Assembly: GCA_964195335.1 (NCBI GenBank)
Contig: CAXMPC010000068.1
Span: 1-59,907, forward strand
Length of the DNA stretch: 59,907 nucleotides
From: an uncultured Gammaproteobacteria bacterium
Lineage (GTDB): Bacteria; Pseudomonadota; Gammaproteobacteria; QNFN01
Direction: 5' to 3'
Shown: positions 21,867 through 32,587 of the stretch, in pieces
How the letters are laid out: each line of letters starts with the position of its first letter
How positions within the stretch are numbered: position 1 is the first letter of the stretch
The notes under the pieces: generated by a model
Told to the model about the DNA's origin: nothing
What the model saw: only the letters and a program-made list of their open reading frames with translations
Databases searched by the model: none
Position numbers and translations under genes: made by a program

Positions 21867-22796
21867 ATGCAGCCGCCCAAGACCCAACCGCCCGATCCGC
21901 AAAAGGCCCCGGCAACGCTGCCGCCGTCACCATCGTGGCTCGAGCGCCTGCGCCGCTATGCCTTGCTGATCCGCTTCCACCGCCCGATCGGCACCCTGCT
22001 GCTGCTCTGGCCCTGCCTGTGGGCGCTCTGGATCGCCGCCGAGGGGACGCCAGACACGCTGGTGCTGGTGGTCTTCGTCGCCGGCACTTTCCTGATGCGC
22101 TCGGCCGGTTGCGCCATCAACGACTACGCCGACCGCGACTTCGATGGCCAGGTCGCTCGCACCCGTGACCGCCCGCTGGCCGCCGGCCTGGTCACGCCGC
22201 GCGAGGCGCTGGCCGTCGCCGCCGCCCTAAGCCTGGTCGCGTTCGTCCTGGTGCTGTTGATGAACTGGCTGACCATCGCCCTGGCGGTCGTCGGCCTGCT
22301 GCTGGCAGCCAGCTACCCGTATGCCAAGCGCTACACCTACCTGCCCCAGGTGCACCTCGGCGCCGCTTTCGGCTGGGCGGTACCGATGGCCTTTGCCGCC
22401 CAGTCCGGTGCCCTGCCACCGATCGCCTGGCTGCTCTACCTCGCGGCCATCCTCTGGGCGACCATCTACGACACCATGTACGCCATGGCCGACCGCCATG
22501 AAGACCTGAAGATCGGCCTCAAGTCGACGGCGATCCTGTTCGGCGATGCCGATCTGACCATCCTCGCCCTGCTGCAAGGGCTGTTCGTGATCGACCTGGC
22601 GCTGGTCGGTCAGCAGGCCGGGCTCGGGCTGCCCTACGCCGTGAGCCTCGCCGTCGCGGTCCTGTTCATGATCTACCACCAGCGGCTGATCGCCGAGCGT
22701 GAGCCGGCCGACTGCTTCCGTGCCTTCCTCAACAACAACTGGCTCGGCATCGCCATCACCGCCGGTGTCATCGGCGACTACGCACTGCGCGGCTGA
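21867..22796 (+). CDS. ubiA: 4-hydroxybenzoate polyprenyltransferase
   Basis: ATG 21867 lies 1 nt after the recG stop. UbiA prenyltransferase motifs (NDYADRDFD, YDTMYAMADRHED). Confidence 0.9.
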   Translation: MQPPKTQPPDPQKAPATLPPSPSWLERLRRYALLIRFHRPIGTLLLLWPCLWALWIAAEGTPDTLVLVVFVAGTFLMRSAGCAINDYADRDFDGQVARTRDRPLAAGLVTPREALAVAAALSLVAFVLVLLMNWLTIALAVVGLLLAASYPYAKRYTYLPQVHLGAAFGWAVPMAFAAQSGALPPIAWLLYLAAILWATIYDTMYAMADRHEDLKIGLKSTAILFGDADLTILALLQGLFVIDLALVGQQAGLGLPYAVSLAVAVLFMIYHQRLIAEREPADCFRAFLNNNWLGIAITAGVIGDYALRG

Positions 22797-23002
22797 CGCC
22801 AGCCCGGAAAACACACCAGCCGGAGAATGGCTGCGTGGTTGTGATTGACCCCCGCTGGAAACTAACGACCTCGGGCGTGGATACAGGAGTGGCCGCACGC
22901 ATCCGTCGTTCTGCTATCCCAGCTCTGGCGGCTTTTCGCTCCAGAACGGCGCCAGTCTGGCCTCGGCCCGCGAGTTCCCGGGATACTGGTGAGATTTCCG
23001 GG

Positions 23003-23713
23003 CTAGTCACGCGACGCGCGCGCGACACACCAGACCTCGACTCGTTCCGCCCCGGCCGCGGCAACCACGCGCGCCAGTTCGGTGACGGTGTGCCCGGTGG
23101 TAACGACGTCATCGATCAGGGCCACCCGGCGTCCCCCAACCGGCGTATTGACGGCAAAGGCACCGCGCACGTTACGCCTGCGCGCGACCGCGTTCAGCCC
23201 ACTCTGCGCCGCTGTATCACGCAGGCGACGGCAGCCGTCCGCCACCAGTCTCACACCGAGGCGCTGCGTGATCGGCCGCGCCAACTCCAGTGCCTGGTTG
23301 AAGCCACGCTCGCGCTGGCGACGAGGGTGGAGCGGCACCGGCAACAGCAGCTCGGGCCGGGGCCCGTTCACCGTGACGAGGTGCCTGGCCAACAGTTCAC
23401 CGAGCAGGCGCGCGTGGCTCAACCGCTGGCCGAACTTGAGTTCCTGGACCAGGCGGTCGAGCGGAGGACCATAGACGAAAGCGGCGTGGGTGGCAGCGAA
23501 CGGTGGCCGCCGCTGCCGGCAACGACCGCAGTCAGTGGCCGGCGCCGCGTCCGGGAGTGGCAAGGCACAGGTCGGGCAGGCGACTCCGGCGCGAGGTAGC
23601 GCCACGGCGCAGTCATGGCAGAGGTCGTAGCGGTCAGCACCTGGGCCACCGCAGAGCAGACAGCGGGGCGGGAAGAGTGCAAACTGGAGCTTTTCAAGCC
23701 AATTGTAAACCAT
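23003..23713 (-). CDS. comF: ComF family protein (amidophosphoribosyltransferase-like)
   Basis: 236 aa with an N-terminal zinc-finger-like CLLCG...CHDC...CPTC...CGRC and a C-terminal PRT motif (VALIDDVVTTGHT). Confidence 0.8.
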   Translation of the reverse strand: MVYNWLEKLQFALFPPRCLLCGGPGADRYDLCHDCAVALPRAGVACPTCALPLPDAAPATDCGRCRQRRPPFAATHAAFVYGPPLDRLVQELKFGQRLSHARLLGELLARHLVTVNGPRPELLLPVPLHPRRQRERGFNQALELARPITQRLGVRLVADGCRRLRDTAAQSGLNAVARRRNVRGAFAVNTPVGGRRVALIDDVVTTGHTVTELARVVAAAGAERVEVWCVARASRD

Positions 23714-23735
23714 CGCGATCCTTCGCGGTTGACAG
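23703..23735. promoter_or_regulatory. Candidate BirA operator (bioO)
   Basis: TTGTAAACC-N15-GGTTGACAG. The left half equals the E. coli bioO half-site TTGTAAACC. The right half matches GGTTTACAA at 7 of 9 positions. The site overlaps the comF start codon and the bioB -35. Confidence 0.55.
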
Positions 23736-23756
23736 CGGCTTCCTGCCGCTTACCAT
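23729..23756 (+). promoter_or_regulatory. Candidate sigma70 promoter of bioBFHCD
   Basis: TTGACA (23729-23734), a 16-nt spacer, then TACCAT (23751-23756). About 55 nt upstream of the bioB ATG. Confidence 0.45.
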
Positions 23757-23810
23757 GAGGCGCCCGCACGATCCGTGTGGGCTATTTCACGATATCAGGG
23801 CCACCACATC

Positions 23811-24848
23811 ATGACCATCCGCCACGACTGGAGCCGCGACGAGATCGTCGCCCTGTTCGAACGACCGCTGAACGACCTGCTGTTCACCGCCCAGGGCCTG
23901 CATCGGCAGCACCACGATCCCGATGCCATCCAGGTCAGCGCCCTGCTCAGCATCAAGACCGGTGCCTGTCCCGAGGACTGCGGATACTGCCCACAGAGCG
24001 CCCACCACGACACCGGCCTGGAGAAGGAAAGGCTGCTGGCAATCGATGAAGTCATCTCCGCCGCCGGGCGGGCGCGAGATGCCGGAGCGACCCGCTTCTG
24101 CATGGGCGCCGCCTGGCGCAGCCCGCGTGATGCCGACATCGAACTGGTCGCCAGCATGGTGCAGGAGGTCAAGGCACTGGGACTGGAGACCTGCCTGACC
24201 CTCGGCATGCTGACCGACACCCAGGCCACGGCACTGCGCGCGGCCGGCCTCGACTACTACAACCACAATCTCGACACCTCCCCCGAGTACTACCCGGAGG
24301 TCATCACCACCCGCAGCTACGACGACCGCCTGCGCACCCTCGAGGCGGTGCGCTCGGCCGGCCTGTCGGTCTGCTGCGGTGGCATCGTCGGCATGGGCGA
24401 GACCCGCGACGACCGGGCCGGACTGCTGCTGCAACTGACCAACCTGGCCCAGCACCCGGAGAGCGTGCCGATCAACAACCTGGTCAAGGTGCCAGGTACG
24501 CCGTTGGCCGACGTTCCCGACCTCGACCCGTTCGAACTGGTGCGCACCGTCGCCATCGCCCGCATCCTGATGCCGGCCTCGGTAGTGCGCCTGTCGGCCG
24601 GGCGCGAGCAGATGAGCGACGAGCTGCAGGCACTCTGCTTCCTCGCCGGGGCCAACTCGGTGTTTCACGGCGAGCAGCTGCTGACCACACCGAACGCCTC
24701 GCCGGCGCGTGACGCCGACCTGTTCGCCCGCCTCGGGCTGCGCGGCAGCGACCATCCCGAGCATGACCACAGCGGTGGCACCGACCGTGGCCCCCTGCTC
24801 TACGGCACAGCATGTGCCAGCGAGGGCACGGCGTCCGGGCCGGCGTGA
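23811..24848 (+). CDS. bioB: Biotin synthase
   Basis: Start at ATG 23811. Radical [11 protein letters not shown] motif and the conserved BioB core. Confidence 0.95.
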   Translation: MTIRHDWSRDEIVALFERPLNDLLFTAQGLHRQHHDPDAIQVSALLSIKTGACPEDCGYCPQSAHHDTGLEKERLLAIDEVISAAGRARDAGATRFCMGAAWRSPRDADIELVASMVQEVKALGLETCLTLGMLTDTQATALRAAGLDYYNHNLDTSPEYYPEVITTRSYDDRLRTLEAVRSAGLSVCCGGIVGMGETRDDRAGLLLQLTNLAQHPESVPINNLVKVPGTPLADVPDLDPFELVRTVAIARILMPASVVRLSAGREQMSDELQALCFLAGANSVFHGEQLLTTPNASPARDADLFARLGLRGSDHPEHDHSGGTDRGPLLYGTACASEGTASGPA

Positions 24849-25987
24849 CCGATCTCGCCGCGGCCCTGCGCCGCCGGCAGGCCGAGGGACTCTACCGCAG
24901 CCGCCGCACCGTCACCGGTGTTCCCGGGCCTGAACTCGAGGTCGACGGCCGCCGCCTGCTCGCCTTCTGCAGCAACGACTACCTCGGGCTCGCCGGCGAC
25001 CCGCGCATCGCCGCCGCACTGGCCGAAGCCACGACCCGCTGCGGCAGCGGCAGCGGCGCGGCCCACCTGGTCTGCGGCCATCACACCGAGCACGCAGCGC
25101 TGGAGCGTGACCTTGCCACCTTCACCGGTCGGCCGCGCGCGCTGCTCTTCTCCACCGGCTACATGGCCAACCTCGGCACCATTGCCGCGCTGGCCGGACG
25201 CGGCGACAGCGTCGTCGGCGACCGCCTCAACCACGCCTCGCTGATCGACGGCGCACGGCTCTCCGGGGCCCGGATTCTGCGCTACCGTCACGCCGACCCG
25301 TCCGACCTGGCGGCGCAACTGGAGCGTGCCCCGGGACAGAGCCTGGTTGCCACCGATGGCGTCTTCAGCATGGACGGCGATGTCGCTCCGCTGACCGAAC
25401 TCGTGGCCGTTTGCCGGAAGCACGACGCCCGGCTGCTGGTCGACGATGCTCACGGCCTCGGCGCTACCGGCCCCGGGGGACGCGGCAGCACCGCGCCGTA
25501 CAGCGTCGACGAGGTACCGCTGCTGGTCGGCACCCTGGGCAAGGCGTTCGGCACCTTCGGCGCCTTCGTCGCCGGCTCCGAAGAGCTGATCGAGACGCTT
25601 ATCCAGCAGGCACGCCCGTACATCTACACCACCGCACTGCCACCCGCGGTCGCTGCCGCAACCCGGGTCAGCCTGCGTATTGCGGCTGAGGAAACGTGGC
25701 GTCGCGAACGGCTCACCACCCTGATCGCCCGGTTCCGGGACGGCGCCGAGTCGCTGGGACTCGAGCTGCTGCCATCGACCACTCCGATCCAGGCCCTGCT
25801 GCTCGGCGACGCCAGCCGCGCCCTCGCCGCCAGCCAGGCCCTGGAAGCGCGCGGCCTGCTGGTCACTGCCATCCGCCCACCCACGGTGCCAGCGGGGACC
25901 TCCCGACTGCGCATTACCCTGTCGGCGACCCACGACGAATCCCAGGTCGACCACCTGCTCGAGGCCCTCGAGACGTTGCCGCGATGA
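24845..25987 (+). CDS. bioF: 8-amino-7-oxononanoate synthase
   Basis: GTG 24845 overlaps the bioB stop (GTGA). PLP aminotransferase class II with the GTLGKAFG lysine motif. Confidence 0.9.
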   Translation: MTDLAAALRRRQAEGLYRSRRTVTGVPGPELEVDGRRLLAFCSNDYLGLAGDPRIAAALAEATTRCGSGSGAAHLVCGHHTEHAALERDLATFTGRPRALLFSTGYMANLGTIAALAGRGDSVVGDRLNHASLIDGARLSGARILRYRHADPSDLAAQLERAPGQSLVATDGVFSMDGDVAPLTELVAVCRKHDARLLVDDAHGLGATGPGGRGSTAPYSVDEVPLLVGTLGKAFGTFGAFVAGSEELIETLIQQARPYIYTTALPPAVAAATRVSLRIAAEETWRRERLTTLIARFRDGAESLGLELLPSTTPIQALLLGDASRALAASQALEARGLLVTAIRPPTVPAGTSRLRITLSATHDESQVDHLLEALETLPR

Positions 25988-26739
25988 CGCCCCTCCATGT
26001 CACCACCCTCGGCTCCGGCCCACCGCTGGCGATGGTCCACGGCTGGGGTTTCGACGCCAGCGTGATGCGACCCCTGGCCGAGCGGCTGGCACCGGCGCGG
26101 ACGGTCCAGCTGGTCGATCTGCCGGGGCATGGTGGCAGTCGTGACATGACAATGGCGACCGACCTGGCCGGCCTCGCCGACCAACTCGACGCCACGCTAC
26201 CGGAGACTCGCGACTGGGTCGGCTGGTCGCTCGGCGGCCTCGCCTGCCTGCAGCTGGCCCTGAAGCGACCGGGCCGCCTGCGCCGCCTGGCGCTGGTCGC
26301 CACCACGCCACGCTTCACCAGCGGACCCGGCTGGTCCGATGCCCTGCCAGCGGCAGAGCTCGAGGCCTTCAGCGACACGCTGGTCATGGACCCGGCCGCA
26401 ACACGGACGCACTTTGCCGGCCTGGTCGCCCACGGCGATCGTGCCGGGCGCGACGTGCTGCGCTCCCTACGAGACGCCCTCGACTCCATTCCGGCCCCGG
26501 CCGCCCTGGCGACCGGCCTGGACCTGCTCGCCCGCAGTGACCTGACCGCCGACGCCGACCCGGTGCCAACGCTCTGGCTGCTCGGCGACGGCGACGCCCT
26601 GGTCCCGGCCGCAGTGGCCGACCACCTTGCCTCCCTCGCCGACGCCCGAGTTGAACTCCTCCCTGGAACGGGCCACGCCCCGTTCCTGTCGGCGACGACG
26701 CGCTGCGGCGACCTGATCGGGACGTTCATGGATGAGTGA
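25984..26739 (+). CDS. bioH: Pimeloyl-ACP methyl ester carboxylesterase
   Basis: ATG 25984 overlaps the bioF stop (ATGA). Alpha/beta hydrolase with nucleophile elbow GWSLGG. Lies between bioF and bioC. Confidence 0.8.
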   Translation: MTPLHVTTLGSGPPLAMVHGWGFDASVMRPLAERLAPARTVQLVDLPGHGGSRDMTMATDLAGLADQLDATLPETRDWVGWSLGGLACLQLALKRPGRLRRLALVATTPRFTSGPGWSDALPAAELEAFSDTLVMDPAATRTHFAGLVAHGDRAGRDVLRSLRDALDSIPAPAALATGLDLLARSDLTADADPVPTLWLLGDGDALVPAAVADHLASLADARVELLPGTGHAPFLSATTRCGDLIGTFMDE

Positions 26740-27595
26740 AACCAAGGCCTGGGCCCTCGACCGGCGCGCCGTCCGCGCCTCGTTCGAACGGGCCGCCACC
26801 AGTTACGATGCCGCCGCGGTACTGCAGCACGAGGTCGGTAACCGGCTGCTCGAACGGCTGGACCTGATGCGGCTCGAACCACGACTGGCGGTGGATCTCG
26901 GCTGCGGCACCGGGCGCCAGACCGCCGGGTTGCGCCACCGCTACCCGGAAGCGACCGTGGTCGCGGTCGATCTTGCCGAGGGGATGTTGACCGAGGCGCG
27001 ACGGCGCGACATGCCCGGACCGGCGCCGGGATGGCTCTGCGCCGACGTCACCGCCCTGCCACTGGCCGAACGCAGCGCCGACCTGCTCATCTCCAACCTG
27101 ACGTTGCAGTGGTGCCTTGACCCGGAGGCGCTGTTCACCGGCCTGCTCCGGGTGTTGCGCCCCGGCGGACTGCTGCTCTTCTCCACCTTCGGTCCAGACA
27201 CCCTCGGTGAATTGCGCGCCAGCTGGGCCGAGGTCGACGACCGCAATCATGTCAACGCCTTCTTCGACCTGCACGACATCGGCGACGCCCTGGTGCGGGC
27301 GCACTTCGCCGACCCGGTGATGGACTGCGAGCGGATCACCCTGACCTACCCCGACGTGGTCGGTCTGATGCGCGATCTCAAGGCGATCGGAGCCCACAAT
27401 GTCACCGAAGGGCGACCCCGCGGGCTGACCGGGCGCCGGGCGCTGGCGACGCTGGCCGACGCCTATGCCACCTTCCGCCGCCCCGACGGCACGCTGCCGG
27501 CAACCTACGAAGTGGTCTACGGCCATGCCTGGCGCGCGCCAGCCGACCAGGGCGAGACGGCGCTGCCGGCTGCCGCGCTGCGCCGCCCGCGATGA
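26732..27595 (+). CDS. bioC: Malonyl-ACP O-methyltransferase
   Basis: 287 aa with SAM methyltransferase motif I (VDLGCGTG). Operon position supports the call. Confidence 0.85.
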   Translation: MSETKAWALDRRAVRASFERAATSYDAAAVLQHEVGNRLLERLDLMRLEPRLAVDLGCGTGRQTAGLRHRYPEATVVAVDLAEGMLTEARRRDMPGPAPGWLCADVTALPLAERSADLLISNLTLQWCLDPEALFTGLLRVLRPGGLLLFSTFGPDTLGELRASWAEVDDRNHVNAFFDLHDIGDALVRAHFADPVMDCERITLTYPDVVGLMRDLKAIGAHNVTEGRPRGLTGRRALATLADAYATFRRPDGTLPATYEVVYGHAWRAPADQGETALPAAALRRPR

Positions 27596-28290
27596 GCACC
27601 AGCGGCCTGTTCATCACCGGGACCGACACCGGCGTCGGTAAGTCGCTGGTCGCCGGAGCGCTGATGCTGCGGCTGCGCGAAGCTGGCCTGCAGGTGGCCG
27701 GTCTGAAGCCGGTCGCCGCCGGCTGCCGCGCCACCTCCGAAGGCCTGCGCAACGACGACGCCGAACTGCTGGCACGGTGCGCCTCGCGACCATGGCCCTA
27801 CACCACCATAAACCCCTACGCCCTGGCCCCAGCCGTCGCCCCGCACCTGGCCGCAGCTGAGGCGGGCGTGATCCTCGAGCTGGCGCCGCTGCGCGGCGCC
27901 TTCGAAGAACTTGCGGCGGCGTCCGACGCCGTGGTCGTCGAGGGAGCCGGCGGCTGGTTGGTGCCACTCGACGACCACCTGACCCTGGCCGACCTCGCGG
28001 TCGATCTCGGCCTCGACGTCGTGCTGGTGGTCGGCCTGCGCCTCGGCTGTATCAACCACGCGTTGCTGACCGCTGCCAGTATTGCCGGTCACGGCCTGCG
28101 GCTGGCCGGTTGGGTCGCCAACACCATCGACCCTCAGGTCGAGCGTGCCACGGAGCAGCTGGCAACACTGACCGCGCGCCTTGACGCACCCTGCCTCGGC
28201 ACCCTGCCGCACAAGGTCGAAGCGACCCCTGAGACGATCGCTCCCCGACTCGACATCAGCCCGCTCGGAATCGGGCCGACCGCCACATAG
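27592..28290 (+). CDS. bioD: Dethiobiotin synthase
   Basis: 232 aa with P-loop GTDTGVGKS. ATGA overlap with bioC. Confidence 0.9.
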   Translation: MSTSGLFITGTDTGVGKSLVAGALMLRLREAGLQVAGLKPVAAGCRATSEGLRNDDAELLARCASRPWPYTTINPYALAPAVAPHLAAAEAGVILELAPLRGAFEELAAASDAVVVEGAGGWLVPLDDHLTLADLAVDLGLDVVLVVGLRLGCINHALLTAASIAGHGLRLAGWVANTIDPQVERATEQLATLTARLDAPCLGTLPHKVEATPETIAPRLDISPLGIGPTAT

Positions 28291-28427
28291 TTGCTACAAG
28301 TCAAACAGAACAAGCACGGCTTGAGGGAGAATCGGGTCAGGAGACCGTGTTGGGCCAATATCTCGTGTGACACTCGCACGGCCCCTCACCGACAGCGACG
28401 GCGGTCAACGGCACAGGGAACCACAGG

Positions 28428-29327
28428 ATGAATTCGACCGATCTTCTCGTTCCGCGCCTCGGTAGCGTCAACTGGCGCAGCTACTACGAGATCACCAAAC
28501 CGAAAGTGGTGATGCTGATCCTGTTCACCGCGCTGGTCGGAATGCTGCTCGCCACCGATGGCATGGTCCCGCTGCAGACGCTGCTGGTCGGGCTGACCGG
28601 CATCGGTCTGGCGGCCGCCAGCGGGGCCGCCATCAACCACCTGTTGGAGCAACGCATCGACGCGGTGATGGCGCGTACGCACCGGCGGCCACTGCCGAGC
28701 GGTCGCCTCGACTCACTCAGCGCGCTGCTGTTCGCGGTAACCCTGGGGCTGCTGTCGATGCTGTTGCTGGTGTTCTTGATCAATCCGCTGACCGCCCTGC
28801 TGACGCTGTTCTCGCTGGTCGGCTACGCGGTGATCTACACCCTGTTCCTCAAGCGGTCGAGCCCGCAGAGCATCGTCTGGGGCGGGCTCGCTGGCGCGGC
28901 CCCGCCTCTGCTCGGCTGGGTGGCGGTCACCGGCGAGATCCATCCCCACGCCCTGCTGCTGGTGCTGATCGTCTTCACCTGGACACCACCCCATTTCTGG
29001 CCGCTGGCGATCCACCGCCGCGAAGACTACGCCCGTGCGGGTCTGCCAATGCTGCCGGTGACCCACGGAGTCGACTACACCAAGCAGCAGATCCTGATCT
29101 ATGCGGTCACGCTGCTGGCCGTGACCCTGCTGCCCTTTGCGACCCACATGACCGGCGCCCTCTACCTCGCGGGGGCCGTCCCGCTCGGCATCATCTTCGT
29201 CTGGCATGCACTGCGGCTCTACCGCAGCGACGACGACCGCTACGCGATGCCGATGTTCAGCTACTCGATTGTCTACCTGGCCGCGCTGTTCGGACTTCTG
29301 CTGGTCGATCATTACCTGCCGTACTGA
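28428..29327 (+). CDS. cyoE: Protoheme IX farnesyltransferase (heme O synthase)
   Basis: 299-aa polytopic protein of the UbiA superfamily with the CyoE/CtaB-specific WTPPHFW motif. Confidence 0.9.
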   Translation: MNSTDLLVPRLGSVNWRSYYEITKPKVVMLILFTALVGMLLATDGMVPLQTLLVGLTGIGLAAASGAAINHLLEQRIDAVMARTHRRPLPSGRLDSLSALLFAVTLGLLSMLLLVFLINPLTALLTLFSLVGYAVIYTLFLKRSSPQSIVWGGLAGAAPPLLGWVAVTGEIHPHALLLVLIVFTWTPPHFWPLAIHRREDYARAGLPMLPVTHGVDYTKQQILIYAVTLLAVTLLPFATHMTGALYLAGAVPLGIIFVWHALRLYRSDDDRYAMPMFSYSIVYLAALFGLLLVDHYLPY

Positions 29328-29363
29328 ACCGGCCCAGCGCAACGCAGGCCGCCGCCGCGGGCG

Positions 29364-29927
29364 TCAACCGATACGCGAGGTGCGCATCAGGCGCCGCAAG
29401 TCATCGAGCAGCCCTCGCGAGGCGGGCGGCACCGGGTAGCGCATCATCAGGTTGCCCAGCGGATCGATCAGGAACAGCTCACGCATCGACCCCGGAGCAC
29501 CTGGCAGGCTGGCCCGCAGGCGGGCCAGTCCCGGCTGCGAGGTCTCGACTACCCGCAGACGCGGATCCTGCGCCGCTGGCATTTCCATCGCCGGCAACCC
29601 GCCATCAGTCACCACGATCCGTTGCAACCGGTCAGCATGCTTGCCCAATGCGACGTGCAACTGGTGCAAGCCATGCAGCAGCCGCGCGGTGTCATCGGTA
29701 TGCGGCCGCGGCACGAGGACCAGCAAGGTCCACTGCCCGCGCAGCGTCTCCGGCGCCAGTTCCGTGGGCAGGTCAGGCGCGTAATCGCCTGGCAACAGCA
29801 GCGGTTCCACCAGCGTGCCGTAATGACTGCTCTGCGGGCGCCAGACATCGGCTTGCCCGAACAGCAGCCATGCCGCGACCAGTGGACCGAGAAACACCAG
29901 CCCCAGCAGCACCAGCGCCCATGGCAT
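29364..29927 (-). CDS. Membrane-anchored protein of the cytochrome oxidase biogenesis cluster, function unknown
   Basis: ATG 29927 (MPWALVLLGLVFLGPLVAAWLLF, a signal anchor). Alternative GTG start at 29960. Follows SURF1, as the uncharacterised gene does in Pseudomonas-type cox clusters. No CxxxC motif. Confidence 0.5.
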   Translation of the reverse strand: MPWALVLLGLVFLGPLVAAWLLFGQADVWRPQSSHYGTLVEPLLLPGDYAPDLPTELAPETLRGQWTLLVLVPRPHTDDTARLLHGLHQLHVALGKHADRLQRIVVTDGGLPAMEMPAAQDPRLRVVETSQPGLARLRASLPGAPGSMRELFLIDPLGNLMMRYPVPPASRGLLDDLRRLMRTSRIG

Positions 29928-29949
29928 GCGACGTTGCTTCACCACGGAA

Positions 29950-30705
29950 TCACTCGTCACCTTCCACCTTCCTTGTGTGCACGGCCGCGTAAAGTACCAG
30001 CAGGGTCAGCGCCAGCCCGAACCACTGCACGGCATACCCGGTGTGCCGCTCGGGACCGATCACCACCGGGCGCCACTCGCGCACCAGGTCGGCATCGCCG
30101 CTGTCGCCTTCCATGACCAGCAACGACAGCAGCGGGTAGCCCAGGTCGTGTTCGAGGGCCACCTGATCGAGCCGCTGCACCACCCGCGGCCAGCCGGTCG
30201 TTTCCGGCCCGTCGGGACCCAGGCGCAGTCCAGCGGACGGGACGGTGTCGAGTTGGCCGGTGACCGTCAAGCGACCTTCGCGCGACGGGATCGATGGCAG
30301 GTGGTCGCGGGTCGGACCGAGTCGGACCCAGCCGCGGTCGACGAGCACGCTGCGCCCGTCGTCGAGCCGCAGCGGTGTAAGCAGGTGATAGCCAGCCACT
30401 CCCCGGTAGGTGCGATTATCGAGAAACAACGTGTGGGCCGAGTCGAAATACCCGTCGAGCTCAACCCGGCGAAAGCGCCACGCTGACGGTTCCAGATCAT
30501 GCGGCAACGTGTTCAGAGGTCGATCCTCGCCGCGGGACGCGTGTGCATCGAGCAGCGCACGCTTCTGCGTGGCGCGATCAAGTTGCCAGAGACCGAGGCC
30601 TACCAGCAGTGGCAGCAGCAGCGCTACCGCGATCGACGGGACCAGGCGCGGCGCGAAGCGCCAGTTGAGAAGTTGCAGATTGAACCGCCGACGGCTCTGT
30701 TCCAT
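29950..30705 (-). CDS. SURF1 family cytochrome oxidase assembly protein
   Basis: 251 aa with two terminal TM helices and the GLWQLDR motif typical of SURF1/Shy1. Confidence 0.85.
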   Translation of the reverse strand: MEQSRRRFNLQLLNWRFAPRLVPSIAVALLLPLLVGLGLWQLDRATQKRALLDAHASRGEDRPLNTLPHDLEPSAWRFRRVELDGYFDSAHTLFLDNRTYRGVAGYHLLTPLRLDDGRSVLVDRGWVRLGPTRDHLPSIPSREGRLTVTGQLDTVPSAGLRLGPDGPETTGWPRVVQRLDQVALEHDLGYPLLSLLVMEGDSGDADLVREWRPVVIGPERHTGYAVQWFGLALTLLVLYAAVHTRKVEGDE

Positions 30706-30767
30706 TCCATTCGCTCGACTTTGCGTATGCTATATTTTGGACAACTTCGAGCTTTGAGGCCTGCGTC

Positions 30768-30968
30768 ATGTCCTACCGTCTGGTTGTCATCGCGGCCCTC
30801 ATACTGATTATTCTCAGCCTCGGCAGTGCCCTCTACTACCTGGTCGTTGACAAGGGCCGTGGTGATCGGACGGTTCGCGCGCTGACCGTGCGCGTTGGCA
30901 TTTCGCTGGCGCTGATCCTGTTCCTGCTGATCGGCATGGCGACCGGCCTGCTGCAGCCACCGCTCTAG
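30768..30968 (+). CDS. Twin transmembrane helix small protein (DUF2909)
   Basis: 66 aa with two hydrophobic helices. Conserved small gene of cox clusters. Confidence 0.7.
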   Translation: MSYRLVVIAALILIILSLGSALYYLVVDKGRGDRTVRALTVRVGISLALILFLLIGMATGLLQPPL

Positions 30969-31060
30969 TTTACTGCACCCTATACCGCCCCACCGGGATC
31001 CCGCGTGCCGCTTGAGGCTGCCCCTGCTCGGCGGCCGGGGATGGTGTCGATCCAGGGGCC

Positions 31061-31933
31061 CTACAAATAGTAGACGACGATAAACAGGCACAGCCAGACC
31101 ACGTCGACGAAGTGCCAGTACCAGCTGGCTGCCTCGAAGGCGAAATGGTTTTCCGACGTGAAATGGCCCTTGGTCGCCCGCCACAGCATCACCCCGAGCA
31201 TGATCGCGCCGATGGTGACGTGTGCCCCATGGAACCCGGTGAGCATGTAGAACGTGGTGCCGTAAATCCCTGAGCTGAGCTTGAGGTTCAGTGCCTCGTA
31301 GGCGTGGATGAACTCGTAGACCTGCAGACCGAGGAACAGCACACCCAGCGCGACCGTCATGGCCAGGCCGTTGATCAACTGGCGACGGTTGTTCCGCTTA
31401 AGTCCCCAGTGTGCCCAGGTAACAGTGCCGCCGCTGGAAACCAGGATCAGGGTGTTGATCGCCGGGATACCCCAGGCGCTGACCACCCCGGTCGCCTGGT
31501 CGAAACCGGATCCGGGCAGGGTGAGCAGTGGCCAGGTCGCCTGAAAATCGGGCCACAGGATCTGGTTGGTCATCTCCTCGGCACCGGCACCACCGAGCCA
31601 TGGCACCGATAGCGCCCGGGCGTAGAACAGCGCGCCGAAGAAGGCGGCGAAAAACAGCACCTCTGAGAAGATGAACCACGCCATGCCCCAGCGGTAGGAG
31701 CGATCAACCTGGGCATTGTAGAGGCCGCTTTCACTTTCAGCGATCACCTGGCCGAACCAGCCGACCAGCGTGTAGGTGAGCACCAGGCAGCCCGCCAGGA
31801 AAATCGCCCACGCGATGCCATGGCCGTGCAGGACGTTGGCCATGCCGATCGCCATGCCGAACAGGCCGAGCGACCCGAGGATCGGCCAGCGGCTCGGTTC
31901 GGGGGTGTAGTAGCCACCGTCAATTGCACTCAT
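31061..31933 (-). CDS. coxC: Cytochrome c oxidase subunit III
   Basis: 290 aa with seven TM helices and a C-terminal WYWHFVDVVW motif. Confidence 0.95.
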   Translation of the reverse strand: MSAIDGGYYTPEPSRWPILGSLGLFGMAIGMANVLHGHGIAWAIFLAGCLVLTYTLVGWFGQVIAESESGLYNAQVDRSYRWGMAWFIFSEVLFFAAFFGALFYARALSVPWLGGAGAEEMTNQILWPDFQATWPLLTLPGSGFDQATGVVSAWGIPAINTLILVSSGGTVTWAHWGLKRNNRRQLINGLAMTVALGVLFLGLQVYEFIHAYEALNLKLSSGIYGTTFYMLTGFHGAHVTIGAIMLGVMLWRATKGHFTSENHFAFEAASWYWHFVDVVWLCLFIVVYYL

Positions 31934-31977
31934 GGCTGGTCCTTTTTGATTCCGTTGAGCCGTTCGACCGCCGGCGG

Positions 31978-32571
31978 TCAGCGATGGTTGTCAGGGATGG
32001 CGGCCAGCGCGACAGGATCGCTGCCCGGCGCCGCGAAAAACGTGTAAGAGAGCGTCATCGTGGTGACCCCCGCGGGCAGGTCGGGGTCGATGACGAACAC
32101 CGCCGGCATCTCACGCCGTTCGCCGGCGGCGAGCGTCTGCTGAGAAAAGCAGAAGCACTCAGTCTTATTGAAGTAGCGCGAGGCGACCGTCGGCGCGACA
32201 CTTGGCACTGCCTGCGCGACGATCGTCTGATCGGTCAGGTTCTCGGCCACGTAGTGGATTCGCCGGGTCTCACCGGGGTGGACCTGGATCTTGTGGATTC
32301 CCGGCTCGAAACGGAAAGGCAGGTCACCGTTGAGGTTGGCGACGAACTCGACGTTGATAATCCGGCTCGTGTCGACCCGGTCGGCCCGCACTTCGCTCGT
32401 TTCGATGCGCCCGGTCTTGCCATTGAGCCCGGTGATGTCGCAGAAGACGTCGTACAACGGGACCAGTGCGAAGCCGAATGCGAACATCGCGACGGTCGCC
32501 AGTGTCAGGCGTGTCGCCAGCCGCCGGTTGGCCACCCGGAGGTGCTGCGAATCTTTGGGCGCTTCGCTCAC
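31978..32571 (-). CDS. ctaG: Cytochrome c oxidase assembly protein CtaG/Cox11
   Basis: 197 aa with one TM helix and the copper-binding region KTECFCF. Confidence 0.9.
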   Translation of the reverse strand: MSEAPKDSQHLRVANRRLATRLTLATVAMFAFGFALVPLYDVFCDITGLNGKTGRIETSEVRADRVDTSRIINVEFVANLNGDLPFRFEPGIHKIQVHPGETRRIHYVAENLTDQTIVAQAVPSVAPTVASRYFNKTECFCFSQQTLAAGERREMPAVFVIDPDLPAGVTTMTLSYTFFAAPGSDPVALAAIPDNHR

Positions 32572-32587
32572 TGTTTAAGCGTCCCGG

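Noticed and set aside
22797-23002. Possible small RNA or tRNA in the 206-bp ubiA / comF convergent spacer
   Set aside because: There is no tRNA cloverleaf or T-loop consensus. Only weak 5-6 bp stems are present, and nothing is recognisable.
29364-29960. Calling the post-SURF1 gene an SCO/SenC copper chaperone
   Set aside because: It has no CxxxC motif and no conserved His. Only its position in the cluster suggested the call, so it is left as unknown.
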